A stretch of DNA of 62,556 nt, the filler included, from Choristocarpus tenellus KU-1152 (lineage: Eukaryota; Protista; Phaeophyceae): NCBI GenBank assembly GCA_964200185.2. It is 13 parts of 13 records of this genome, joined end to end, with 100 filler letters (N's around TTAATTAATTAA, not from the genome) between each part and the next. Parts side by side here need not be neighbours in the genome. Positions count along the whole stretch, not along the records: positions 50,377 to 52,951 come from CAXNAD020026629.1; positions 53,052 to 55,709 come from CAXNAD020025893.1; positions 55,810 to 59,763 come from CAXNAD020016955.1; positions 59,864 to 62,556 come from CAXNAD020025596.1; 9 more parts are not named here. One strand, written 5' to 3'. The translations under genes and the position numbers were made by a program. The notes beneath the pieces are model-generated. The model was not told the DNA's origin. It saw nothing but the letters and a program-made list of their open reading frames with translations, and made no database searches. Of the stretch, positions 50,750-62,485 are shown in pieces (the first letter of the stretch is position 1; the number at the start of each line of letters is the position of its first letter).

Positions 50750-51049
50750 CTACTGACCTGAGCCCCCATTGATATCTAAACCATCAAGGTAGTCTATGCT
50801 TCGTCCAGCCACCATACCCCTTTGCCCCTGCCCAAGGTAGCCCGCCCCTTGTGCCTTAATTCCCTTGGTTGCTCTGGCCTCCCTAGCCCTTCTTGCAGCT
50901 GTCACAGCTGGAAGATTCCTGGCTGATGATGCCTCCATTGATGCTTTAGATACTGCTGTTGACGGCTTGATGCCAGACTTGACTGACATACGATCAATAT
51001 CCTTACGGATCTTTTCTGCAAACCCCTGGAGGTTCAGCTGACCGTTTTT
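50750..51049 (-). CDS. Bestrophin-like (UPF0187) protein, downstream (possibly last) exon
   Basis: TAG|KNGQLNLQGFAEKIRKDIDRM... continues EQPFDE in frame; ends at TAG 50750, or at an alternative CAG|GTCAGT donor just before it. Confidence 0.75.
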   Translation of the reverse strand, partial: KNGQLNLQGFAEKIRKDIDRMSVKSGIKPSTAVSKASMEASSARNLPAVTAARRAREARATKGIKAQGAGYLGQGQRGMVAGRSIDYLDGLDINGGSGQ

Positions 51050-51540
51050 CTAGAAGGAGTACACAACAAACAAGAGGAGATACTTCTTTTTTTTAATAAA
51101 ATGTAATATGGATTTTGCACACTACACAGGTGTTCTTGAATAACAATGTGCTCACAGCTAATAATCCCTTCTATAGACAAACCTTCCTAAGGGAGAATGC
51201 CTGCATTCAGACATGGGCATGTTAAGTACTGCACTGGGTAATAACAGCGATATATACCAATAGAAACGATATTTAGAGAGGTGAGTACCTTAAAAAATGT
51301 AACTACCATTAAAAAAGGATCTCACTGAAGAGCTAATGTCGTATCCTATTGTAGTTCTTAAAACCATATCAAAACACGACATTTGAATGCCCCTACTATC
51401 TACAATCTGTTGTATTATTCACACATAATGTAAAATTAATACATAATGTATGTGTTTGAATTAAATGTATCGCTCTGGTGATAATGAAGGCAGTGGCATC
51501 CATGTTAATTTCTGTCATTATACCTACAAATGGAGTGGGT

Positions 51541-51576
<36 letters not shown>

Positions 51577-52468
51577 TAGACAAAACTCGGAGAAAAATGA
51601 ACTACTAATACTGATTATCACCATGATAAAAAAATACTCATGTTGATATTATACATGGCTATTCACTAGGACTATCAACCCTAACCCTAGGTCCTGTCCA
51701 GTCCAAGTCTACAGGACCACCTGCAGATCGGACACTAGAACTTCTTGCTGGCCTGCCCGGCTGAGATTTTCAAAAACAAGCAGCCAGACCATGTTCCAGA
51801 CACAACCACAGAGCTAACCAGCCAGTCTAATGTTGACCAATTACATGAAGCAATTACATTAAACCAGACTACAGACCAGATATATCAGAGACAGAAGAAA
51901 CCTGGCTAGTCCAGTCAAAACAAGTCCAACTCAAGTCAACCCTTCACTGACTCAGCTCAGACAATGAATAATACCATAGTGTATACATACCATAGTGGGT
52001 GAGACTGACATATCTACTATTAATACATCTATGTTCTTATTATTCTTACCATGAACAGGAAACAAGCAATCATGGAGCTAGTCACCTACTCTGTTAATAC
52101 CTGTCTCTGTTCCCTTTGGGCATTATCCTCTTCCTTACATCCCCAGGGTACACAACAGAGCCCTAGTTTGTGCCTAACAGCACCCAATTTGACAGAGAAA
52201 TATTGTCCAAACCCTAAAATAGATATTCCAACCAGCAAATACGTACACGCCAGTGTGATGGTATGATGGTACAAAGGTACAATGGCACGATGGTATGATG
52301 ATATGAGTTACACCACCAACAGTATAAACTACAAGCTACACTCATCATACCACAGTTTTTTTCTCAGTCATAACGTACTACTAATAGCACCATCAGCTGT
52401 AAGTTGATGCCTTGTCTCTCGTACACTACACAACCTTCAGGTTTTCCTTAAGATTATGGGGCGTTGCA

Positions 52469-52600
52469 ATGTCTAAGAACACTACACAAACAGATGTACA
52501 GCCTTCAACCCGATGTCTAAGAACACTACACAAACAGATGTACAGCCTCCAACCCGATGTCTAAGAACACTACACAACCAGATGTACAGCCTTCAACCCA
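52469..52600. repeat. 44-bp minisatellite x3, intronic
   Basis: ATGTCTAAGAACACTACACAAACAGATGTACAGCCTTCAACCCG at 52469, 52513 and 52557. Confidence 0.95.
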
Positions 52601-52665
52601 AGAGGTATACAAAAACCAGGACCACCCTATGTAAATTTCCATCAATAAATAAGACATCAACATAC

Positions 52666-52825
52666 CTCATCAAAAGGCTGTTCAATGAAGTATGCAATCT
52701 CTTCAATTGAAAACAGTCCCCAGCAAACTGCGCACACCACAGGTGCAGTGAACAACTCAGTGTGTGGAACCAATACCAAAGGAAGAGTAAGGCCGTACAC
52801 TGTAAGAAACCTTGATGTATGCCGA
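52666..52825 (-). CDS. Bestrophin-like (UPF0187/YneE/VCCN-type) anion channel exon
   Basis: SRHTSRFLTVYGLTLPLVL...WGLFSIEEIAYFIEQPFDE contains the RHTSRFL and IEEIxxxIExPF family motifs; CAG/GT boundaries. Confidence 0.9.
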
Positions 52826-52951
52826 CTGTTTGTGGAAAAGAACGGTATGCAGTAGGGGGTGGGGGCGGGGGCGGGGGGGGGGGGGGGAAGAGAGGGGGGA
52901 AACGAAACTTGTAGGTTCCTTTTTGTCTTACAATATATAAACATAGATATT

Positions 52952-53051
52952 NNNNNNNNNNNNNNNNNNNNNNNNNNNNNNNNNNNNNNNNNNNNTTAAT
53001 TAATTAANNNNNNNNNNNNNNNNNNNNNNNNNNNNNNNNNNNNNNNNNNNN
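52952..53051. other. Artificial contig linker
   Basis: N44-TTAATTAATTAA-N44. Confidence 0.99.
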
Positions 53052-53360
53052 AACAATCAAACAATCCACCACCCCAAGCACTCCCCCCCTCTCTTCTTGT
53101 GCTCCCCCCCCCCCCCCCCCCCCAAACTCCTGCCCTCCACTCCACCACCTCCATCCAACACTACAACAACCACACCACATCAACACTATTCTCTGGTCCC
53201 ATCCTGTTGTGCCTCATATTCTTCACTTCCCTGAAATGTCTCCTCACTTCCCAATTCCCCCCCTACTCACCACCCTCAGCAAACCCAATCGTGCCCTTCC
53301 TTCCCTTCCCTCCCCCCTGCCCCAATCCCAGCACATCTCAAACAAAACCCAATTTCCCAC

Positions 53361-53844
53361 CTGTCTTCGCAACCTCTCCTGTATCCCAGGGAACTCATCA
53401 GCAAGGGTGGCAAACATGTGGCGAGGCATTGCCATCACCTCACACCGCTTCGAGGTACACACCGCCTGCGTTACTCTTGGAACTCCCTTCCTACCAGCCC
53501 CTTGCACGTCACCCACATCCTCTTGCAGTCCTCCCCCCCCCCCACGCGCCCACTCCCGCCCGCCCCCCCCGCCACGCCGCCCCCCCCTCACAGGTTCCGA
53601 CTCTTTCCCCCCCCCCCTGCCCCCCCCAGGTAGCACTGACACCACTGCTGCAGCATTCTTTTCAGAATTTTCCATTCCTGCTTCTGAATCCTCTTCCACG
53701 TTTGACCTTGTTAATGGTGTGCTGCCAGAGCGCAATGCCCCTGAAGACGCCAATAGCTCTCCTGCCCCAAACGTCTCTCCTCGCCCCAGGGTCTCCACCT
53801 CTACCAGGCGTGTACCCTCTTCAATCTGCATCCCTTGCTCCTCC
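53361..53844 (-). CDS. Cyclic-nucleotide-binding-domain protein, exon with the C-terminal half of the domain
   Basis: VETLGRGETFGAGELL...PRVTQAVCTSKRCEVMAMPRHMFATLADEFPGI; CAG acceptor and GT donor; in frame with 54173-54312. Confidence 0.82.
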
Positions 53845-54172
53845 CTGAATTAGAAAAGTGGTTTGTAAGAGGGAACATCATACCACCAGGCGTGACCAGT
53901 AGAGCTTCAGAAGGCTTGAAGCTTAAGGGTGCTGGGGTATCCTCTTTACAAGGGTGAGAGGTGGACCTTTTGATAACACGCGATAGAGATACTTTTTCTT
54001 CTCCTTTGCAATGTACTCTGTACTAACAAGAGTCACCTCACAAAGATCGGTGTAAAGCTTTTCACCATTGAGAGAGCACAATCCAACAGATTCTATCAAA
54101 CCCATGTGGTGTTTCTTCAGACTAGCCAAAACCCACACCAAAAAAGTTGACAAGACATGTTCTCAAGGATAC

Positions 54173-54312
54173 CTTGAGCTTGCTGCCTCCGAGCGGGGAA
54201 CCCCCTCCGCTGCTGAGACAGCTTTCTCACTTAGCATCAGGGCAACTTGTCCTTGGTTGATGAGGAAGAAGTTACGGTCCAGACCCCCACTGGTGTAGAT
54301 TGCGGAACCTTC
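54173..54312 (-). CDS. Cyclic-nucleotide-binding-domain protein, exon with the N-terminal half of the domain
   Basis: CAG|EGSAIYTSGGLDRNFFLINQGQVAL...|GT fits GxxIxxxGxxxxxFYxIxxGxV; ends in phase 2, matching the next exon. Confidence 0.82.
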
Positions 54313-55709
54313 CTGTGGTAGGGGGGGGGGATAACACAAAGTAAATGCGGCAAGGAATTGCACAAGGCTGGTTAAGCAAGGTTGAGGAAGGCATTTTGTC
54401 AGCAATCCATTCTTCAAAGGGAGCAGGGTGCCAAGGTGATGATGGTGGTGGGGGGGGTTGCAGGTTGGGTGGGGAGCTTGTCTTGTCTTGCATTGAGGGA
54501 CAGGGATGGCAGGAGGTTTAGGGGAAAAGAAATACGGTGTTTACTATCTGTACATGGACACAGTTTTGTCTTAACAGCAAATAGCTTTTGGCATCTTTGT
54601 CATCATTGCCACAGCACCAGCACAAGAGTTAAGAGTTTGTAAATATAGGAAGTAAAACAACCCCCCCCATCAGCAGGATACTACATGATGTACACAACGG
54701 TCAAACAAGCGTTCACACTTGACATTTTTTTTTTTTCGAAATCAAAAGTGATACAAAGGAGACTCCAGAGGACACCCTCCAAAATAAATACAAAAAAAGG
54801 GGGGGAAGGGATGTGAACTCTCATACTCTTGAATCATGTTCTCTTCACAGTTAATCTGACACCTTGCACTGTTGGAAATCCACAGCAGAACCCTTTTATT
54901 GCTCTTGATTGGACGCTTAACACACATAAGTTGGGGATTCAAATAGCTATTTTGCCAGGCACCCACAAAGTGATTTGGAGTTTCACAGCAGACATGCACC
55001 TAAGTGAATGATAATCATAAATGTCTGCGCAGAGTGTTTACCTATTAGTGTACCTCTTTCTGTCCTATCTTTTTCACAACAAGCAGTCCTTGTACAAACA
55101 ATAATCCTCCACACTCAAAACACTCCTGATAACAAACTCTGTTGCCAGTGGGCCGCTCTGGTCCCTCCCCTCCCATCCCCTCCCCTTCAATTCCATTTGC
55201 CCACCTCAAATATATGTGAAGGGCAAAGAGGAGGCACAAGCTTCATGAAGTCAGAATAGGCAATCTTGTCTACATTGTGGGTTCGAGGGTCTCCATCAGA
55301 GGCCTTCATCATCTCCAGCACCTGGCCAAGCAAAGGGGACAACACCAATCAAGAACAAACATCAATCAAACAACAAATTGTAACAGACTCAAGCACTTTT
55401 TTTTCCAAGACCGGGTAGACACTACACAGGGGGGTGACATGACAAACACTGAAACATACAGGGGTCAATTTTCTTGGTCGACAGTAAGGTATGACTATGC
55501 AAGAAACCGTTGACGGTATTTAGGACATACCTTATACCGTCTACGATAACCTACGTACCATCATACCGTCCTGCTGACCCCCCATTTTTTAGACCTTGCA
55601 AATCGGGAATTTCCTGGAAATAGACGGCTGCCCCGCCCCAAAAACAGCCCTATTGATTTCACTGGTGACAAATTAGCAATGGGTAGGGGGAGTCAATAGT
55701 TGGGAGGGG

Positions 55710-55809
55710 NNNNNNNNNNNNNNNNNNNNNNNNNNNNNNNNNNNNNNNNNNNNTTAATTAATTAANNNNNNNNNNNNNNNNNNNNNNNNNNNNNNNNNNN
55801 NNNNNNNNN
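55710..55809. other. Artificial contig linker
   Basis: N44-TTAATTAATTAA-N44. Confidence 0.99.
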
Positions 55810-55817
55810 GGGGGGGT

Positions 55818-55863
<46 letters not shown>

Positions 55864-58735
55864 GTGCATACTGTAGAGGTGTAGAGAGAGGAGTCTACAA
55901 AAATATTGCTTTTTTTTCTTTGCGCTCTTTTCTGCTTGTCATTCTCCATTGCATCTCAACTCCCTCCTCATCGCAGTGATGTGTCTCCTCCTGTAAAAAA
56001 AATATTTGGAGAGTGTGTCCTTCCAAACCTCAATGCAGTTTGTCCTTGATCTTCCGTGGGGGGAAGGGAAAAGATAGAGGCTCTTCTTTACTCTCCCCCC
56101 CCACCCCCACCCCCCTGCCCATTTGCACTTATCCAATGAAATATACTAGAAATACATGTTTTTTTGGTCAATAGAGGAAGGGATGCCCAAGGTCATGTCA
56201 CACGTGGGCTGGAGGATTGGGTGATGCAGCAACGCCTGCATCATGTGCATCCTACTGATTCCTCAGAGAGTCTTGAGATCATGTGGCGGGTTTTGTTGTG
56301 AGCTTCTTTCCTTCAGTGTTGCATTTCTGTATGCTCTTCTCCCACCCCTATCCCCCTCTCTCTAATGAGAGTTACTGGGAAAGCAATTGAGTTGAAACGA
56401 TCTTCATCCGGAACGTGAGGTAGATACCTCTCATCTCTTCAGTAGTTTCTGAACTTTTCATGTAAGGTCCTCCCAAAAAATCTCGCCATCATTGAAAAAT
56501 GGAATGTGCAACCCCTTGGGGATTAGGGAGATACGCACAACTTTCAATATTGATCATGGTCATCTGTATTTGTATGAGGAAAAATTTTGAAGGGAGAGGG
56601 GGAAAGAGTTGAAACATATTTTTGTTAGGGTGTGGTGTCTCCATTGAACTGAGGTGTGTTAGTGTGATCCTTCGTGCCAAGAACATATTCAGGCATTACA
56701 CACCATAAATGCTATCCACTTGTGTTGAAGCCAAAGGTATAGTCTGTCACATGTGTACACTTTGTCTATGAATGTTGAGATGCTAAAAAGCCTTGTCAGC
56801 AGAAAGCATTCCCTGTTCAACCTGTCCCGGAAGTCGATGAATATCCAACTTTTGTATTAAGTAAGTCCAAGCCTTTTGTTTTGGAAGGAATAATCACAAC
56901 CTCACCTAAAGAAGCTCTAAGGCAGTTGTACCTTAGCAGGTCTCAGGTGGTCATAGCAAGGTGAAGCATGGGATTTGGAGCATATACCTTCATTACACCA
57001 ACAACAGGTGATCATTTGCTCCCACTGTACCTGCCCAAGGGTGTGGTACAACTTTACAAAAAAAACGCCATCCTCTCGACTACAAACATCATTAATCTAG
57101 TTTCTGTTTCTTCACCTCACATAAATATTAGTATCAAAAGACATTAATTCTAAACGCAGGACAACATAGATGCAATTGTATGTATGGGTGTGGTGTGTGC
57201 AAAGATAATGCAGAAAATCATAAGAGTTGGCAAAATGGGAAGACTGTGACATAAACCAACGACAGTGTGAAGTACTCCAGAGTATTAGATGTACACAGTC
57301 AACAGTGTGTAAGTTGTGGGTTTTGGGAGTGAACCTTGTCACATCACACTGGTGCAATCCACCAATATCTGGTTGATGGGAATATCTGATTCATATTCAA
57401 ATAGGCACACTGCTGGGAGGGGGTTCTGAATTTACTTGCCGGAGTGTGCATCCTCCGAAATGATACACTTGTTTGTGCCTTTTACGTTGTGTACATGGGG
57501 TTAAACATGGCTCTGCCCATAAAGAAAATGAGGATACTATGGGAGACCAATCAAAATGGTTGGAATGGGAAAAAGAGGAACCATTAGAAATAGCAGTAGA
57601 CTCACACACAACCCCATTATGGATCACTTGCAGCATATGAAACATCAATTGACAGTAGCAGAGCACAATCTTTGTTGCTGAATCAGCATTTCCACCCATG
57701 CTTGAGACAACAAAAACAAATTTTCGTGGGTTTTTTTTATGTGGGATAGTTTGCCAAACCAAATCTTCAAAAAAATATGGATAAAAGTATGTTGCCATGA
57801 TAGGGCAGCAGCTGATGCAGGTGACACCTAACAAAAATAAAAAATAAAACTGAGTTTGGAATGTTGAAGCTGTTCAAGAACACAGGTGCATGGAGTGCAA
57901 GGCCACGTGTGGTAGGCATACACTGTATCCTGTTATATAATTTATGAGACAATTTTCAAAATTCCTCTTGAGTTTACAAAAAAAAAGTTTTGCTTTGCAA
58001 TAGTTATAACTGCTGTACCCTGCCCCTATTACTTTCTGGAGTAAGGAAGAGCTCTATGACAGTTCCGTACAGAGGAACAATGCAAAAATCATTACAACAA
58101 CAAAAACGAAGCAAATTCATCATCAAAAGAACTCTCCTCTCATCATATAACATCACACTACTACTGTAACACTTTTACAGCACAGTAGCAACAAAACATT
58201 GCGAAGTAATTAATAATACTACTTGTACCATGCCATCAGGAACATACAATAGGGTAACATCACAATGATGACAAGACACCGTAAGAACAAAAAGAAAAGA
58301 TCCTCAAACCATACATACAAGCAATACTCAAAACTGTAGACGAGGATGAGGGTCCTTTCCTGCCTTCAGGTTGCATTAGGAGACCTGGCACAGAAGTCAG
58401 TTAGCGACAACCATTGCTACGAGGTATGATGGAGGGCATGCGACTAGCAGGCCAACTCCCTACTACATCACCTATCTGTACACAAAGTTAAATGCATATA
58501 GTACCACACTGGGGGTTAGCAAAAAACAGAACACACAGCACTCACAGCGCAAAAGGGAGGTCAAGTTCCAAGCCCGACCCAATCAATCTCAGCAGATCCC
58601 TTCTTTTTCTAAGGGGGGAGGGGACATTAAGGGGGTTGGGAAATACAGAAGGATATCCTAAACCTTTTTATCACATTTCAAAACATCAAGGACACCATCA
58701 AACAACCATGCACTATTCCCCATACATCCTTCTAG

Positions 58736-59763
58736 TTATAGGCATGCACATGCCTTGTCTACGCTGCCGAGCGGTCCTCCCCGTCGAAACGAAAATGGCT
58801 CGTCTAAACGTGGCATTTTCAACATTGGCAGGTCGAGCTCAGCTTCTTCCCTCCCACCGTTCAAGCTTAGCAGACGTTTCTTCTTGTGAACTGGTGATAC
58901 TCGTAGGTCCAATGGATCCTCCACATGGTCAGGTGCCCACACATCGAGTGTACGTGTATCGGGGACAGTACAATCGTTCTCCTTATTACATGGTGTCACT
59001 GGCGCTGCTTCCTCCCCGTCGCCTCCACCATCAGATTTGATGCGCCCAAGAACAATAGTCGATGCAGTGTCTAGGGGAGGTATCAGGGGAGGGACTTGAG
59101 GCTGGGGTGGTGATACTGTGGAATCCGATCCCATTGTCACCCAAGAGCTGTTGCAAACTTCTGAAGCGGAGGGTCGGATACCCACATCAGTAGACAGAAG
59201 TCGAGAAAGCAACGTCTTCAGTTCCATAGACAAGTGCGAAGGGTAAAAATCTAGACCTTCAGCAATGAAGCGCCTGAAGTCAGGATCCTGCTCACTGGCC
59301 AGACGCCAAGGAGCACAGCCACAGACGCACAAATAGATAAGGACTCCAAGAGACCACATGTCAGTCTTCAGTCGGTCAAGTCCACGCCCTCCAGTGACTC
59401 GTGCGAGTGTTTCCCTTGCTTCTGGGGCCATATAGCATGAAGATGTAGAAAAAGGGGAGGTGTCCCACTCCAAAGCATCATTGTGGTCCCTCAGAGTCGA
59501 CCCGGAGCTTGTTCCCACCTCAATCGTGGAACTCCCGAAGTCGCAAAGCTTGGCAGTATCGATATCGTGTCGTATTAACACGTTCTCGGGCTTGACATCA
59601 TTATGAGCGATCCCACGTTCATGGCAATGCGCCAGAGCCATCGCGATGTGCTTGACGTATCGGGTCATCTTCCCTTCCTCCACAGCACCCCCTCGGGATA
59701 TGAGCCTGTGGAGGTCAACGTCACACCACTCCATCTCCACAAAGGCGCGAGCACGTCCCACAT
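58736..59763 (-). CDS. Ser/Thr protein kinase, 5'-truncated by the gap
   Basis: MEWC..DL, HNDVKPEN, KLCDFG, YMAPE, DMWSLGV and RPSA motifs; C-terminal tail with HKKKRL. Confidence 0.95.
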
Positions 59764-59863
59764 NNNNNNNNNNNNNNNNNNNNNNNNNNNNNNNNNNNNN
59801 NNNNNNNTTAATTAATTAANNNNNNNNNNNNNNNNNNNNNNNNNNNNNNNNNNNNNNNNNNNN
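59764..59863. other. Artificial contig linker
   Basis: N44-TTAATTAATTAA-N44. Confidence 0.99.
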
Positions 59864-60164
59864 CTTGGGAGGTAATGCTATTTGTTAGTAGTGAAGATAA
59901 GAAGGTGTGAAGCCTCACACGACCCCCTTTGCTGAACGTGATTACATGGTTGAAATTAGAAGAGTGACCTCGGTGTGGTGTCTTCTCCTTGCTTGTTTAT
60001 TATTTATTTGTGCTTCATACATAAGTCCATGGTTATGTCAAAGTAGTTGAATGCAGAATAAAAACCCATACATATTCCCATTCATAATCCGGATGTACTA
60101 TCTCATTAGTTACATCTCTCATACACAAAATAAGGTACACCTCACTATTGTCCTACTTTGCACA
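59864..60164 (-). repeat. 3' LTR (~313 bp if complete; 12 bp lost at the contig edge)
   Basis: Starts TGTGCAAAG on the minus strand immediately after the purine tract GTGGGGGAG (60165-60173). Confidence 0.8.
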
Positions 60165-60427
60165 CTCCCCCACGAGAATACAGGTAATGAAAGAGTTGCT
60201 AAAACTCTCAAACCTATAACATCTTCTTCTGCACACTCCCCATTCTGCACACTTGCCCATGAAAATGGAAGTAAAAGACGTCAGATTGGTTCAATTCTCA
60301 CACACATCACATTTATCTTGTCATTGCAATAAAAGAACGCAGATTACTTCAAGTTTAACACACGACATTCATCTAGTCAACACAGTGTCTACAAAGCCTT
60401 CTACCTGCTTCTTGCGTAATCTTTTGG

Positions 60428-61087
60428 TCAAGATGTCTGCAGTTGGAGTGCCGTGGGGATATATTTTACTGTAAAAAATCCTTTGCTAACATACTCCCTG
60501 GTGCATTTCAGCTTGATGTCGACATGCCTTGTCCGTCCATTGAAACCTTCGGTTATCGCTGCTTGTATCGCTCCTCGATTGTCTCCATACCAAACCATGA
60601 CCCCTTTGAGTATGCTCAGCTCCCCCAGGATGCCTCTGAGGAATATTGCATGCCTCATTCCATGCACCCTCGCTGTCCATTCCGCCTCAGGTGAAGATGT
60701 GGTTTCGGCTCCCTGCATCTTGGATTTCCATTCAACAGGTGCTCCATTGATGAGTATTAGATACCCGGTCACGCTCCGCCTTGATGCAGTGTCATTGCCC
60801 CAGTCTGAGTCTCCATACCCGACCAGGCCCCCATTGTCCATTTCACCACCAGCGGGATAGTGTATCCCTACTTTCATGGTGCCCGATAGGTATCGTAGAA
60901 TATTTTGCAGTACTTTCCAGTGTCGATCACATGGAGATGCTGCATATCTTCCCAGTTCCCGCACACTGTTGGATATGTCTGGTCGTGTCATCCCGGTTAG
61001 GAACATAAGTTTCCCCAGGATGGTGCGGTAGGGTTTGTGCCTCTGGTCCAGCTCCTCCTCGTCAGTTCTTCTTGCTGTCAGGTCCAT
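60428..61087 (-). pseudogene. Copia RT C-terminus and RNase H
   Basis: PYRTILGKLMFL..TRPDIS, GYGDSDWG..RRSVTGY, WKSK, SSPEAE, DNRGAI, RTRHVDIK; a frameshift precedes the ADILTK motif. Confidence 0.93.
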
Positions 61088-62470
61088 TCATGGGTTTGAA
61101 ATGGTCCCCCTTTGCTGCTTGTCCTGTTGACGTAGCACTCACTCCCCCAGGCTTGAAGACTATCATAATTGAATGTCTTGTACATCCTCTCGTTGAGTGA
61201 AGTCCTTTGCTAACAACCTTCCTCGCCAGGGTGCCTCTGATATGGAAGATGGTTCTTGATGGTCTGGAGTAGATATTATATACTTCCAAGACTTATAAGT
61301 CTTGTGCAGGTATCCCTTTGCTGACAAGCTTCCTCTGGGTTTCTTTTTTTGGCTCCAACCCTCGTCCAGCTAATTCCTCCGCCTGTTAAGACGGTGTCGC
61401 TCTCCTCTGGCGACAAACGATCTGAAGGTTTCCTTTACCTCCTCAGTTGTAGCATATTCCTTCAAAAGAACAAGGACAAATATGCTTGATCAGTCCACAG
61501 TTTACACATCTTCTGTTGGTCCTGATCTCGTCTCTGGTAGGGGATCTTGTTGTAATATGATCCGTACGTTGACCAGTTGTACCTTGGCTGCCTCTTCCGC
61601 TGACCTTCTGTGTTCTCTTCCATGAGTATATGGTCCCAGCGGCTAGAGTGCTCCCAGGCTCCCCACGGTTAGCTCATCCTTTCCTTTCTGGTGGAGGCTT
61701 AGTTACTGCTCCTGCTAATGTCCTGCTCCCCTAGTGGCAGGTACAGCAATTGCTTTTCTCATTCCTTAAGCAAGAATCTTGGGGTCTCCAATCGATGGGC
61801 GTGCCCCCTTCAGGGACAAGTGTTGTGACAACTGCTCTAGGTCCATAGGCAGATTCTTGTGACTCAGGCTCAGGCTCAGGCTCAGGCTTAGGATTGCAGC
61901 TCCGACTGCATTGCCCCGATTAGCTCCGTAATCTTGTCCCAGGGTCCCACTGCTCAATATTTGGCATGGCATACCAGGTACCCAAAGTATCTTCTTGACC
62001 CCCAGTTCTTGCTTGTTCTCGACCGTACCATATCTCATGTCTCCTTACCCTCCAGCTTCCATTTTTGTGGAAGGTGCAGGTTCACTTTGTTGGGATGACG
62101 ATGATGATACTATTGCCCGTTTCAGCTTTCTGTACCTTACATCAGGTCTTGCGATGAGCTGCACAGGGATCTCGTCCTCCACACGTCCTCTGTTGAGCTG
62201 CACGGGGATCTAGTCCTCCGCGTATCCTTCGTTGATTCCTCTCTTTCGTAGTTTTCGTCCGATATTCGTTCCTGTTCCGTTAGTGTCTCCGTAAGCTCAG
62301 GACGACGTATTTTCGCGGCACAATGTCTTATAGACCCTTTCGCTGGCATAAACCACCAGATACAATCTCCATGTTGTCCCAGTCTCCACTGATCGTGCTG
62401 GTGCTCCAGTCCAGTTGGGCAAAGTCTTCATGTCGTTCGGGCCCATCACCTGCTCCTTTTCTCCATACTA

Positions 62471-62485
62471 CTGAGGCTCATAACC
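62471..62485 (-). promoter_or_regulatory. Primer-binding site GGTTATGAGCCTCAG (copia-type, half-tRNA-iMet)
   Basis: Abuts the LTR end ...TTTGCACA; resembles the Drosophila copia PBS GGTTATGGGCCCAG rather than a TGG-type PBS. Confidence 0.75.

Noticed and set aside
53099-53853. Pro-rich plus-strand ORFs (249 and 214 aa)
   Set aside because: Antisense shadows of the G-rich cNMP-domain exon.
58492-59040. 182-aa plus-strand ORF
   Set aside because: Antisense to the kinase 3' end, with no recognisable motif.
11889-59863. Recurring TTAATTAATTAA within N runs as a biological repeat
   Set aside because: Identical 100-bp six-frame-stop linker used to concatenate contigs; no synteny across it can be assumed.
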